This document shows, in pieces, positions 51,301 to 63,724 of a stretch of DNA of 64,000 nucleotides. The position numbers and the translations under genes are program-made. Source of the stretch: Bugula neritina (lineage: Eukaryota > Animalia > Bryozoa); NCBI GenBank assembly GCA_964035545.1, contig OZ037768.1, positions 5,178,741 through 5,242,740 on the forward strand. Direction: 5' to 3'. The notes under the pieces were generated by a model. That model searched no databases and was not told the DNA's origin. It was given only the letters and a program-made list of their open reading frames with translations. Every line of letters begins with the position of its first letter. Position 1 is the stretch's first letter.

Positions 51301-53042
51301 ACGAAGCCATCTTGGGTGGACTTTGTCACAGAGTTCAGCAGTGTTCGCATTCCTGCAGGTTTCTATTTAACAGAACTACCAGTTCTTCAGCCTCGTTACT
51401 ACAGCATCAGTAACTCTCCTTCTATGTATCCTGATCAAGTTCACCTCACTGTCGGTGTCTTGGAGTATCAAGTGAAATCAGGTAAAACTCGCAGAAATTT
51501 TTAATCATATTGACATTAGTATTTGTAGTTTGCTTATATAGAGGCTTTCAAACTTTACATACAAAATTGTATAACATATTATACTAACTAGTGTAGCAGT
51601 ATTACTTTTATTATTTAAGAAATTGACGTGAGGCAAAAGTTTGGTGTTTGCTCCAAGCTGTTAGAAACAATAGCGCCAGGGGAAAAGATCTATGCATTTG
51701 TTCGAAGGTAATGCTTGTCCATTTCGAGCTAGTTTGCTTTGAAAATATTTAGATGATGTATATAAAAGTTTGTTTTGATGTCAGCAAACACACATACAGG
51801 TCATTTTACAAACAATAACTTGTAGATTTCCAGACTTCCAGCTTCCTTCTGTTGAGTCTGACATCATAATGGTAGGAGCTGGCAGTGGTCTGGCGCCATT
51901 TAGAAGTTTCTGGCAGGAAAGAGCTCAAGCTAAGGAGGGTTCAAGTTAGTTGCTCAAGTTCTTTGTTTTTGTATATGAAGAGTTTTATGGTGGCCTACAC
52001 ATAGATTTTTCAATTGAAAAACATATCAGCTCCTACTTGTTGATTACAAATTCTACAGGAACAGGAGAAATACATCTCTTCCAAGGATGCAGAACAAAGT
52101 CTTCACTTCTACATGCTGAAGAGATCAGTAAGGCTATAGATTCTAAAGTCATCACTTCTAGTGTGACAGCTTTCTCTAGAGAGAAGGATATGCCAAAGGT
52201 GAACATCCTTCTTATATCTGTGTCAGCATGATCCAGATTTTATTGCTTATCATTTCAAGTATAAATCTGATATTCATTTAGACATGACAACCCTACCAAT
52301 ACATGGCCATCATTTTATAGTTTAGCTTATTCATTATAGTCTCATAAAACATTCAATCGTGGAAAACGGCAAACTAAAAACAGATAGTAGACAATTAAAA
52401 CTGGAGCAAGCATCAAACTAGATAACAGTTTTGTTAAAGCTGAGTTAAAATTTTGCCCTTATATAAGTAGCTTCTCAAACATAACATTATATTATCTAAT
52501 GAATAAACTGCTAAATATTGTGAATAGGGAAAGGGGACTCTTATGGCAAAAGAATTCAAAAAACTATCGAAAAATTGTTCAACAAAATTAGATGGCAGCA
52601 ATATTTCTATTTTATAGACTTCCAGCAAAGCTTTATTCTTAAGACGAATTGCCAATGTTTACATGATTATGTGCAGGAATTTACAAGTATAACTCTTACA
52701 TAAACTGTTCCAATTTAACATAGATACTAAAGCCATATTCAAACAACATATGCACTAATAATTAAGCTTTAACTAGTATTTTCTCCAACACAGGCCTATG
52801 TCCAAGATAAGCTATTGGAGTGTAGAGAGTTGATAGAGGAACTGCTTTTGAAAAAGAAAGCTCATTTCTATGTGTGTGGAGATATCAAGATGGCTATCGG
52901 TGTGTCGAAGGCAGTGAGCACTATACTAGCTGGCAGCACTAGAAATGGTGATATGACAGCATCTGATGGAGAACTGGATTATGTGGAGATAATGAAACAA
53001 GAAGGACGTTATCATGAAGATATATTTGCTGTACTCGTTTAG
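42348..53042 (+). CDS. NOS: Nitric oxide synthase, tandem copy C (about 1059 aa)
   Basis: Exons: 42348-42458, 42857-43002, 44599-44755, 44910-45001, 45207-45383, 46064-46165, 46260-46431, 46664-46765, 46902-47096, 47263-47348, 47565-47709, 48057-48161, 48531-48610, 49126-49300, 49791-49902, 50049-50127, 50276-50457, 50851-51005, 51271-51481, 51620-51707, 51826-51944, 52059-52198, 52794-53042. GT-AG introns with consistent phases. Same motif set (Zn CQVALC). Confidence 0.96.
48913..48984 (+). mobile_element. tRNA-derived SINE head or tRNA pseudogene in intron 13 of NOS copy C
   Basis: A-box TGGTGTAATGG and B-box-like GGCTCAAATCC at tRNA spacing over about 72 nt. Acceptor, anticodon and T stems are mismatched, so it is not a functional tRNA. 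Confidence 0.7.
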
Positions 53043-53224
53043 TGTGTTTCTTCTATGCATTTACTCCTAAGGAAAATACTATTTTAGTTATTTTATTTTA
53101 ATCTACTAACATTTAATAATCACCCGGTAGTGGGAATTAGAAATAGCTCACAGCTGACATATTCTTCCTAATTTACTTACAATACTAGACAAAGTTATAA
53201 TATTATGATTCTAGATGCTGAATA

Positions 53225-53426
53225 CAGTGCCCCTCCATATTGCACTGAGTTGCTGGTCCAGAAACATTTATTTGAGGCATAGTATCAGATTTAACTCATG
53301 AATTCATTGAATTCCGTCATTTTGTCCCTATACACACATATAAGTCACAAGACGGGGGTCCAAGCTCTTCTCGTGACTTATAGAATTTCGTGAGCACTGG
53401 ATCCATGTGATATAGAGGGAACACTG
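53225..53426. mobile_element. Tc1/mariner superfamily (Tigger/pogo-like) MITE, 202 bp
   Basis: TA|CAGTGCCCCTCCATAT ... ATATAGAGGGAACACTG|TA gives imperfect TIRs starting CAGT with a TA duplication. There is an internal inverted repeat ATAAGTCAC...GTGACTTAT. Confidence 0.75.
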
Positions 53427-54129
53427 TACATACGGCTCCAAGTAGAACTAATGGCTTTTCTTGTTACATTTCTGTAACATATATTTATAGCAATATATTA
53501 GTACATTATATAGTTTATTAGTATCAAATGCATGAAAATTATATATTGTTCACCTCTTGGTTGATGGAGTCGTGTTTTCTTATGCAGTCTTGCCTTATAA
53601 GTTGTAGAGAGAAGATAACTAGTAAAAAGTGTTACATAGCTACCTTTAGTGACTGCTGCTATAACTACTCTATACTATGCATTTTATACTCTATGTCTCA
53701 CTGTGTTATGTTTACTGCACTATAATATTATATATTTTATAGCAATAAACCACCTCTACAGCTCTATAATATAAGCTTGACTATTGTTATGGTAAATTAT
53801 AATGAAACTGTTGAAATTCTACTTCTTGGTTTCATTTATCTGCACCATACACAGATATCACATGAAAATAAATATTGTCTTTAATTTCCCCTGTGCTTGT
53901 GTGGATGATGAATGTTTTTTTTCTAAAATGAAAACTACTTTTGCAGAAGTAAATAGAATAGTAAATAGCCTGCTTAGCACAAGCTACAGTTGCTGAACAT
54001 AAATTGATCTCAGCATATGATTGAATACAAACATAGGATACATTGACCTTGAAGTGATATTACCAACATTAGCTGATGTATTAATAAATCGTTTACAATA
54101 ATAATTATAGCTCATCAATACTAAGTTAG

Positions 54130-54310
54130 ATCACGTGACAACTGCTCCAGCCAATAGCTTTCCAGATGTCTAGTTCTATAATATACTATTATCTATCTAA
54201 AATGAGTACATTGTCTTATTGAGAGCCATAGACAGGTGTTTGGCTTGCTGTGGGATTCTTGAGTAATGTCTGCAGGTGCTTGTGAGATGCCACATTCACT
54301 AGAAGTAAGT
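54130..54310 (+). promoter_or_regulatory. Possible promoter / 5' UTR exon of the GPCR
   Basis: TCACGTGA and CCAAT are followed by a GC-richer stretch ending at a consensus donor |GTAAGT at 54305. The GPCR coding exon has an acceptor at 56740 that needs an upstream partner. Confidence 0.35.
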
Positions 54311-55162
54311 TTTAAAGAAATTTAATTCAATATTTTTCAACAAAAAGTTGAACTATCAGATTTTAAGTCAAGTACAGATATTTATGAGGACCTACCATTA
54401 AGATTATATAAAATTCTATTTTACCCAAATAATTTATAATTTCTTTTAGCGGTGAAGTTGACCATTTTCAAAATATTATAATAAAAAATATGTTAAAAAC
54501 ATAAATGCCATTTTTAAAAGTAAATTTAAGGTATTAGACAGTTGCATAATAACAACCTATGTTTACAGTCAATTATTTTAACTCTTAATAGAATTTGGCT
54601 GCAAGCAATTTCATTTTTAAATAATGTTGTCCAAAATCACAATTTTATATAAAGATGTATTTAATAATGAAAACATTTTAATAAACATCTCATAATACAC
54701 TTTTCTGCCACACCAGTACATAAACAAATTAACGGGTAATAATATTTTGCTTGTTAATGCACGAAAAAATAAAATAATTGTAGAAAATATTAAGGTGCAA
54801 TATCAATATGGCTGATCCAATCACTCAGTCGCTACAGGAATAATTATTAGACTTCATTTATCCTTAAACAATTTCTGATATTTATAAAAAGTAATGAAAG
54901 TTGAACTATTGATGAATTATAAATATAATCCTTTGTAACATTTCAGGCATTCATATTTCCAGTAAGTTGAATATAACATACATGTAATATCATGATGCCA
55001 TGAAAGCAAATAATTGTGAATAAATGTTTATGTTAATCCATACTTATAGGTTAGATTTATTTTGTAATAGCTCACATATGTATACAAATATTACTGTAGC
55101 ATGTTTATATAACTCATCTTTATACTTGTACATAGTATATAGTTATAGATGTAACAAGTTCA

Positions 55163-55292
55163 AATATATACATAATGTATATATGTAATGTATATATATA
55201 ATGTGTATATATAATGTGTATATATATAATAGGTATATATATAATGTATATATATATAATATATTTTATATATATGTATAATGCGATATCAT
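55163..55292. repeat. (TA)n-rich low-complexity / compound microsatellite
   Basis: Runs of ATAATGTATATATAT variants. A similar TAYA-rich tract lies at 21890-21976. Confidence 0.85.
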
Positions 55293-56793
55293 ATAAATCC
55301 CCATGCATGTATTTCACATTTGTGTTTGGTAGATTCTAGTTCATTTCGTACACTTGTTGCTATGAAAGCATTAACTGATATACAACTAGGCTAAAGTAAC
55401 TTATTACAATAGATACAATTTTATCACAATTCCCAGATAAGAGCAGAATAAAACTCAGAATACAATTAGCTGATGCATGTAATTATGTATCTACGTACAG
55501 AGTACTAACATTTTCTTTCAGTTTCTCCCTTCGCTAACACACTTGCATGACAAGCTACATACCCTGAATATATTTATCTCTAGTTTCACAAAAGCAATCT
55601 CAAATATTATATTGTGTATGAGTTAGAATAAAAGATACAAGAGGTAAAAATATAATTGCTTCAGCTACGTGTGAGTGCTTTTCAAAGCCATAGGCAAGTT
55701 GCATACTGAAAAATGAGTCATGGTTCACTGATGCAAAGTGTACATGCTCTAATGATATCTCAAGCTAATAAACAATGAGTCTATTTTCAACATTTTCAAT
55801 TTTTCACCTCTCAATTTCATAGCATGCAACAGCCATTCAGGGAGGAGATAAATACAAACACCAATTACCGCTTTTGTTGAGTTAAACTATGATTGACTGG
55901 TGGTTAATGTGAGCTTTATAACATAATGTAATATTTATTTTACCAACACTCTTCAATACCAGGTATTATGATAGCTTAATAACTACCAATAACATAAATA
56001 ACCATGATGCATTGCATATAATTGTAGGTGTATACCAGTCAAGGCCATGTTATATTATTGTCTTATTGATAAGTTGCACTTAGCAAAAGCCTGGATGAAA
56101 TGAGTAGCTTTAATTCTACTGCAAAGATAAAACCTAGACTATGGTCTGGAACTTGTAGAATTATTTCTTTGGGGAGATAACTTTTTTATTAGAGATAGTT
56201 TCTATTTTTAGATTGCAACTGTGTGTCTCACTTTCATTTAATCGTACAATATAAAACATGGATATTTTTTTCATTAAATTGCCAGTAAGTTTCAGCAGAT
56301 GAGAAGGCAGCAGCCTAATGTATTGAGTAGTTGATTATCAATCTCAAAGTGAACAGTTGATGTCAACTTGCTCCACATTTCTAATCTCTGTACTGATGAC
56401 TGATACACAGTTTATAAGCATTCAACTTGATGATCGAAGTGTAGCCTATAGCAAGTCAAACCTTTTATTTTCATACGAAAACTATAAGCAGAGTTAGGGT
56501 TATGCAGTCGTGAAAAAACTCATTGTTTGAAGTATGTCTACATAGTTAAAACATTTTTTTAAATGAAGTTTGCAGCACACTAAAAAATTTAGCTATTGGC
56601 ACATATTTATAAGTTTTTCTATTTCACCATCACCATCATTTTACTTATATTCAACTCTATTTTTGGTGTGAAAAGTCAAGAACTGACATTTCTGGCTGTT
56701 TTCCTTGTCAATTTTCTACCCATTCTTGATATATTTTCAGGTTTTGGACTAAAGAGAACTATATTTCGAGCTGAGATACAAAGCTATTTCAAC

Positions 56794-57873
56794 ATGTCTT
56801 CAACAGTCTTCCTGGACTACAACAATGTTACGGAAACAACACCCCGTCCCCTGAACCTACCCCCCAAATATTTGTGGGCGTGTGGAGGAATATTAATACT
56901 GCTTATAGGAACAGTTGGGCACATTCTAGCTATTGCTGTAACACTAATTAACAAAAACATGAGAGCACAATCCTCTAGTGTCTACATCATCGCAATGTCT
57001 GTCACAGGAATTATCACACTGTATTCAGGTTTAATAAGATACATAATATTTATTGGCTTTTCCGATTGGCGCAATGATATCAGAGAAAGCTCTGAGACAT
57101 TTTGTAAAATTCACATGGTTACTACTTACGTTGCATTACAGTATTTTGCGTGGCTACAAGCAACTGTGGCGGTTGATAGACTCATCTCGGTCAAGTGGCC
57201 ATATGTCTATATGAATAATGGGAAATGGAAGATGGCCTTGATTGCCATAGTGGTAGAACTAATTATAGTAACCTGTATTAATATTCCTTTAGCAATGCAT
57301 ATTCGCCAGGATGAGCAAGGCTACTGTGTAACAGCTGACAATTTCTATGAGAAGATTTGGGGATATATCGATTTGGCCAGCTACTCCCTAGTACCGATGT
57401 TTGTAATGGTTCTATGTAATTCATTTATATTATACTTGTTGAGTAAAAGCAAATTTAGAACCGGAAACAACAACTCAGCATTGGCTCGTTCCTTGACTAT
57501 TATGCTCATGTCTTTGAACGTGTTATTTGTCATTACGACACTGCCAATTTCAGTTGTGTTCTTTCTTTACTGGGGAGAATACTACACTAAGCGATATCTA
57601 GCAATGGAGGTTTGCTGGTCGGTATTCAGTCTGATGCAATATGCTGGATGTGCCGGAACATTCTTTGTTTACTGCGTTACTGGCTCAAAGTTTAGAGAAG
57701 AACTGCGTGAACTGTACAAGCGGTGCTGTCCTTGTAAAGAAAAAAAGAAAAGTATAGCAAACCAAATAAATACGAAAAACACAAGTCCGGCTTTACAGAG
57801 CTGTTCTGCAGACTACAAAGCTCTGAAAGTAAGTGTTGACAATGAGGAGCTGTCACTGTCAACTTCTGTATAA
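56794..57873 (+). CDS. Class A (rhodopsin-like) GPCR, orphan neuropeptide-receptor-like, 359 aa, single coding exon
   Basis: The long ORF has seven hydrophobic segments, an N-terminal NVT sequon, TM3 Cys (FCK), DRL in place of DRY, an ECL2 Cys (GYCV), TM5 Pro, TM6 FVITTLP, TM7 TFFVYC, helix 8 GSKFREEL and a CCPC cluster. The track ORF starts at TTG 56596 in probable intron. A splice acceptor (ttttcag|) ends at 56740 and the first ATG is at 56794. Confidence 0.92.
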   Translation: MSSTVFLDYNNVTETTPRPLNLPPKYLWACGGILILLIGTVGHILAIAVTLINKNMRAQSSSVYIIAMSVTGIITLYSGLIRYIIFIGFSDWRNDIRESSETFCKIHMVTTYVALQYFAWLQATVAVDRLISVKWPYVYMNNGKWKMALIAIVVELIIVTCINIPLAMHIRQDEQGYCVTADNFYEKIWGYIDLASYSLVPMFVMVLCNSFILYLLSKSKFRTGNNNSALARSLTIMLMSLNVLFVITTLPISVVFFLYWGEYYTKRYLAMEVCWSVFSLMQYAGCAGTFFVYCVTGSKFREELRELYKRCCPCKEKKKSIANQINTKNTSPALQSCSADYKALKVSVDNEELSLSTSV

Positions 57874-60694
57874 ATTAAACTACATCTGAACAACATCAGC
57901 GACTAATATTTATGACATGTTTGTGTTTTAGAAAGTTTCACAATTTAACCAAAAACCAGTTTGACTGTTTCAGGTATGAACATCTTAACTGATAATACCC
58001 AATAACCTATTCTACAATTAATGTTGAAACCCTTTTGTATGTTTTAACAACGTTGTCAACTTATTGTTTAGTCAAAATGTTTTAGTTTAGTGCCCCAACA
58101 CCCACCTTTATATTGTGCAAAAATATTGTTTTGTACTTTTAGATATAAAATATAGAGACTAGTTTTGACAGTCTGTGTAGTGTATATATGAACATACATC
58201 GTAGCAGTTATTTGCTTGACTGAAATAAAATTTATTGTTTTTAGCATGAAGAAATAGTAAAGACTAATTTAGTTTTACCTGTCACCTGTCTTTATTTGTT
58301 AATATGAAATAAAACTTAATAAAGTGTTCAACATCATTGTCATGGTTATGGAATACCAGAATTCATGGCATGTTTTCATTTCTAGCCTCAGTAGAATAAA
58401 CAATTGTAGAAATAAGTGAGCTTCAGTAATGAGTAAAATTTATTTTTGTATTTTTTGTATAATATGAGTTGTTACTAAGTGGTATTTTAAAGAGTTGAAC
58501 AACTTAAATGCACAAAATACACAATATGATAATAATTGTTGCATAACATATTAATTAATCTAAATAGGATTTATAAAAAGCATCTTGAACAAAATACAAG
58601 TTGCTAAGTTTGAAGAGCTTCAATAAAATTTAGTTCATCTAAATACTTATACTTCAAACCAATGATAGCAAATAGTTCCTAAAGTGCAAGCTATTGGGTT
58701 CAGAAGCAAAAAGTAAGTTTTTAAAAACTTTGAGTAGTTACATGAAAGCAAAGGAAAAAGATCATCTATATAAATATATATTATAAATTATTTATTATAC
58801 AGAATATAATGATTTAGAAATTATGCTTGCAATGAATGCAGAACAACAAGGAGCTTGATGACATATAAGCACTGTAAATGCTTTACTAAGCTGTAATGAG
58901 AAATTGATTAATTTCTGCAGTATTGATTTCGTAAAGTCTTGACCTGCTTTAAATCTTTTTAATACTTAATTGATATGCATGCATTATTCAGTCTCGGAAG
59001 TCCAATAATACAATATTCAACATAAATTGTTTATTGAAGTAGCCCTTTGCTTATTCGGATCAAAATGTCACCTTTGCAGTAACATAAGACTCATGTTAAC
59101 TAGCAATAATTTTTTACATTATTTTTTTTAAAATTCCTAAGAATAAAAGTTTTAAATAAATTTTGATTAGAAGTTCATACCATAATGTAGACTAATAGAG
59201 CATTTACATTAAATAACATTGACTATACGGTGTATATTGTTATTTATATGTAATATACAGTAGCCTATATACTGTACATACTATATATACGCCATGATTA
59301 TAAATATAACTTGTAAAATAAATACAAGTTGTAAAAGTTTATTTTTTGCTTCTTGGTTATTAGAAAGTTGTGCTTGTCTACCCTATTATATCCAAGTACA
59401 ATATATTATGTATATACTGTACCATGTTATCTGCAGAACAGTTGAGTACTGGAAAAAAAACTCAGTATTTCAAAAATTACGAAATACTGTTTTTCATTTT
59501 TAGTTTGTTCACACGCATAAAACTATTATGCAATCTTCTATTATATTATGATGACCACAGCTGAAAGATATGATCATAAAACCATTCACTGCAAATGTCA
59601 TTACCTCTTTAATCTTGTTAAAATAGAAGAGCTCCTAGCTTGTATTATAGACATTAGATGCCTGTTTTATAACCGCATCCTCTATAGTCCATAAACAACA
59701 ATTAGCATTGTAGGCCAGAGAAAGTCATCACTCTTTAATAGAAGTTTCTTTTCTAAATTTATCTGTATATTTTAAAATCGTATTTATTTACAAGCTTCTA
59801 TGCTGTCAATTATATATACCCATGTATCTCTACAGCTGAATCATATAATAAGTCAACAATGTTTTTGTACCTGGTTAGGAGATCATGGATAGTTTACAGC
59901 AAAACCTGGTTTCTAGCTGATTCTTTCTAGCCAACCAGTCAGAATCATTGGCTAGTTGAAAACTTAACAGAGAAGTGAGGTTGGTGCATAGGAGTATGAG
60001 GATAAGAAATGCTGGTCAACACTAATACTTTACCTATAAATAATTGTTACAGCCCTTAATGTAACATCCATTGTGATGTCTATATTTTAAAATCTAATTA
60101 TTATGTGTAACTTTACATGAGGCTCAGAATTTTTTTGTGGTTCCAAGAGGCTATTGATATTATTTGCAATTAACTAGTTTTTATTTTTTATGGATTGAAA
60201 AATAAAATAGATTTTCGTTATAAATCTATAGCTGAATAATTCTTTCATCAATATCATCTTGAAGTCAGTGGTCTTTATATATGAAACATATACTGTACCT
60301 ATAGTAACAACAAAGGAAGAAAACAAACATATGCATTTCATGTAAGTTTATTCACAGGGATGGATATTTTAAACAAGGTAAAACAAGCATTAGTTTAGAA
60401 ATTATTTGAAAAACAATGAGAGGAAACTAGCAAATTACTTTAGTAACAAAAATAATCACCCGAGAATTCTGAGAATGCATAAGAACCTGACTCTATTTTT
60501 GTTAAAATCCGTGGTGGGAGTAATTATTAAAAGCTATTAGAATTCAGCTACATCTTATTCAAGTATTTAAGAACAAATAACTGTACAAAATTCAATTTCT
60601 ATTATCCTCGACAGCTTTGGGTATCAGCGCAGTCATTCTAACAACTAATAGTTTTGAGTGTAAAAAATTATACTCACACAAGTTTATAGTCACT

Positions 60695-60880
60695 ATCCCT
60701 GTGAGAAACCCCTGATAGAAAGGGTTTTTGTTAAAGTGGGCTAAGGACATATTATTTAAATGGGGCACAGGAACAATTATGACTGGATGCTCTTCCTGAC
60801 ATCACCAATGGCCTTTGTCTGGGCTCGAGCCCATGACCTTCGTGTTTACTAGGCAAACACTCTAACCCCTAGAATACGCT
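60695..60880 (-). mobile_element. tRNA-derived SINE with a conserved central-domain-like motif
   Basis: Minus-strand tRNA-like head (60811-60880; B-box-like GGCTCGAGCCC) followed by TGGTGATGTCAGGAAGAGCATCCAGTC. This resembles the GTCAGGAAGGGCATCC motif I recall from widespread metazoan SINEs. The 3' boundary is approximate. Confidence 0.62.
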
Positions 60881-62434
60881 TACACATTACGTGGAAAACA
60901 AATTCAGTTTAATTTTAATTTTCTTTTCTATGTAAGTTAAGAATTATATACTGTTTAGGTTTTAGAAGGTATGGACACCAGCTTTCAAGTTACTGGTTAG
61001 TGTAGCGTGACTAACTTTTAAAAACTGTAAAAATTTAATAGAGTTCTATGAAGTCATCAATTTAACAGACACAGTATTGTACACATTGCTGTGAAAACTT
61101 ATTAAGATTTCTTTGCAATCAGAGTTCAAATTTGAAGCAGCGGTTGATAAGTTTTAGCTACAATAATTTCACCTCTAAGAACTGATGATTACTAGAAAGA
61201 AAACTATTAGCATATCAGGAAGAAGTTGACCAAGTATTTTCTGTAAGTCCTTCCGGCAAGTTCTTTATTTCAAAAAGTTATTAAAAATATACACTATGCT
61301 TAAAACTTTCCTTTATATTACAGTAAGAGTTAATTATGTATTTTGATGAAGTATTTTTGAAGACCAGAAACAAAGCTATGCAAAACTTTAACGAATCTTC
61401 TATGAGCTCTCATATATAATATATTTATATATAAACCTTGAAAAACATTTTTTAATGGAAAACGGTCCTTGAAAACCAAAGTAATTAAACCCATGAAATG
61501 TACAGTTGAACCAAACTAATTGCTTAAAAACAGCTAAAGACTGCTTGGTCTTTGATTAATGTGAATGCAGCTGATGGATCTCTTAGAAAAAACGGTCAAG
61601 TATAAAGAAAATATGCCGCTTTATTATAACTAAATGCAACTTAGTTCAGTACTATTTAGATTTTAGACCTTAGCAATGCATATGAACCAATCAACTATGC
61701 TATCTACCCCAGATACTACTTATAATTATAGATTACAATGGAATGACAAACAATAATTAATTATTATTAGCAAATTAACAACCGGTTTATCATGAACTGC
61801 CAGGATTAAATTCTCCAAAGAGCCATAAAAACAAAGACATGTTATTCAGTTATTACAGTTAATTTATTTGTTATGATTTCTGTACATGCAGCTGAGAATG
61901 ATACTTAGTGAAATCAGGTGAGGGCTATAATACAATGTTATTAAACTATATAGGTTGTGTAGGTAATCCAAGGGAGACCGTAGTCTAGGTTTTGGCAGGT
62001 AACTAGAGTGTAGTCTGAGAACTTACTAGCCTTAAAATAAACCAAGGGGACTACCAATTGGGACTAGGGATACTTATCAATGTCAAATCAAATGGGAAGA
62101 ATTGCAGGTTAACAAAGATATCATTGCAAGCTATTCAGTAATTCAGTAGCCAACTCTTAACACTATGCTGTAGATAATTGTAAATCAAATGTCAGAGTGA
62201 ATATTCCCAGTTAAGTTATGCCCAAATATTCTTAGTTTATTATACCTAAATGTTAAATAAATTAGCTAAGAGTAAAAAAACAATATAGCAAAGCAAGTTA
62301 TTTATGTATAAGAATATTTTTATTTAATATATAAATATCAAAATAATTTTAGAGATACTCTTTTTAAATCAGCCAACTATTTTAATTTAAAGTTTCGTGA
62401 AAATTATTTTGTATATAATTCGAGTTGATGAAAT

Positions 62435-62585
62435 CTAGCTGTCAGTAGTCAGGGGGTCAATAACCAGGTTCAACATGTCCTCGTGTTTCTCATCGAATGA
62501 GCCTGTTCCCATTACTGTGATAGTTAATGGATCTTCTCCCAGCACACCACTAATGGTATATTGAGCTTTATAATCCCGTTCTTCT
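62435..62585 (-). CDS. DLEC1: Terminal exon of the DLEC1/CFAP81-like gene
   Basis: ttttgttacag| acceptor, then EERDYKAQYTISGVLGEDPLTITVMGTGSFDEKHEDMLNLVIDPLTTDS*. It resembles the recalled DLEC1 end GVLGE....L.G.GSYDE. It is too short to appear in the ORF track. Confidence 0.7.
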
Positions 62586-63724
62586 CTGTAACAAAATACA
62601 ACCAATACAAGCAGGGAGAAGTAGCCTGAAATTTTTATTATAAGACAGTTTCAACATCTCAGGTAGATTTCCAAACAATTCAAGACAGTCATGCTTAACT
62701 CAGATACAATAAAACAATTATTTCTTTAAGAAAATAAAAAATTTTTGCTGGCAACAAGCGTTGTTGGTGTGATTATTAGAATAATTCTTATACAAAAACC
62801 ACCATCTCCTTTAAAATTCATTGGTCTCTAAGTCCATTTGAAGCAATGGTGAAATTCAGCTTAGAGTTTTGCAACATATTGAAGTGGAGGATATAATGAA
62901 TTGTAAGGCATAGTATGAACAGTCTAGAATCTAAATCATCTATACTGCTCATACTACATGTTACTACTCATGTTAAATGAAGGCTGCTTTAACCAACATC
63001 AATACAAACCCCACTACTGTCAAGATAGGTTAAGGATTACCATAGCCTACTTATTACATTTTTAATAGCATTATTGATCATATCTATTCACCAACAGAAA
63101 AATTAATTGTTTCAAGAAATGGTTATTCTAAAAATTTAATGACCAATATGCTAATTGAAACAATAATTAGGCAGCTAGATTGATTCTAAGGGGTCATTCT
63201 AGATTCTATGATTGATGTTAGCAGAATCTAGCTGTCTAGCAATATACATGACACTTTCCTGCAGGTGTGCTAGTAGCAGTATTTTCTAATTTGAGAATTT
63301 CATTTCAATTTGTTAAAGCTATATACTTCAATAGTCATTGTAAATCTTGTATTACAAAAACTATCGAGTAAAAGCAGTTTTCCTTGCATATTAAATGAAA
63401 TTTAGTATTATATTGAGTTAATAAAGTATTGTACTAGTACTTTCTTGTACTAAAGACAGCAAATTAGGGGGATGAAAGTAAACTCTATAAAACTGCACAA
63501 GAATGAAGTCAAGTACCACACAAGTACCAAACAACATTGTCAACACTTTATAGATCATTGATCTATTGAACTCTCTTTGCCTCTTCCATCAAAATTAAAA
63601 GCAGGTGTTCTTAAAAATATTAGTTTTAGCAATCAGTGATGTTTAGACAACTTTCTCTGTTGAACTTCTAACATAATAACCTTCAACTAGCTTTGTATCA
63701 TAAGCTATATCAATAAGCACTGAC

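Noticed and set aside
1740-53042. Three NOS copies as an assembly artefact (uncollapsed haplotypes)
   Set aside because: Most introns and several exons are too divergent to align, and the intergenic regions differ, which does not fit allelic copies.
14300-54060. Scattered (T/C)AAGGTCA nuclear-receptor half-sites and one TGACGTCA CRE at 37390
   Set aside because: The count is not clearly above chance, several matches are just splice donors, and they are not positionally conserved between paralogs.
56596-56793. 66-aa hydrophobic N-terminal extension of the GPCR
   Set aside because: It starts at TTG and crosses a pyrimidine tract and acceptor at 56740, so it is probably intron plus 5' UTR.
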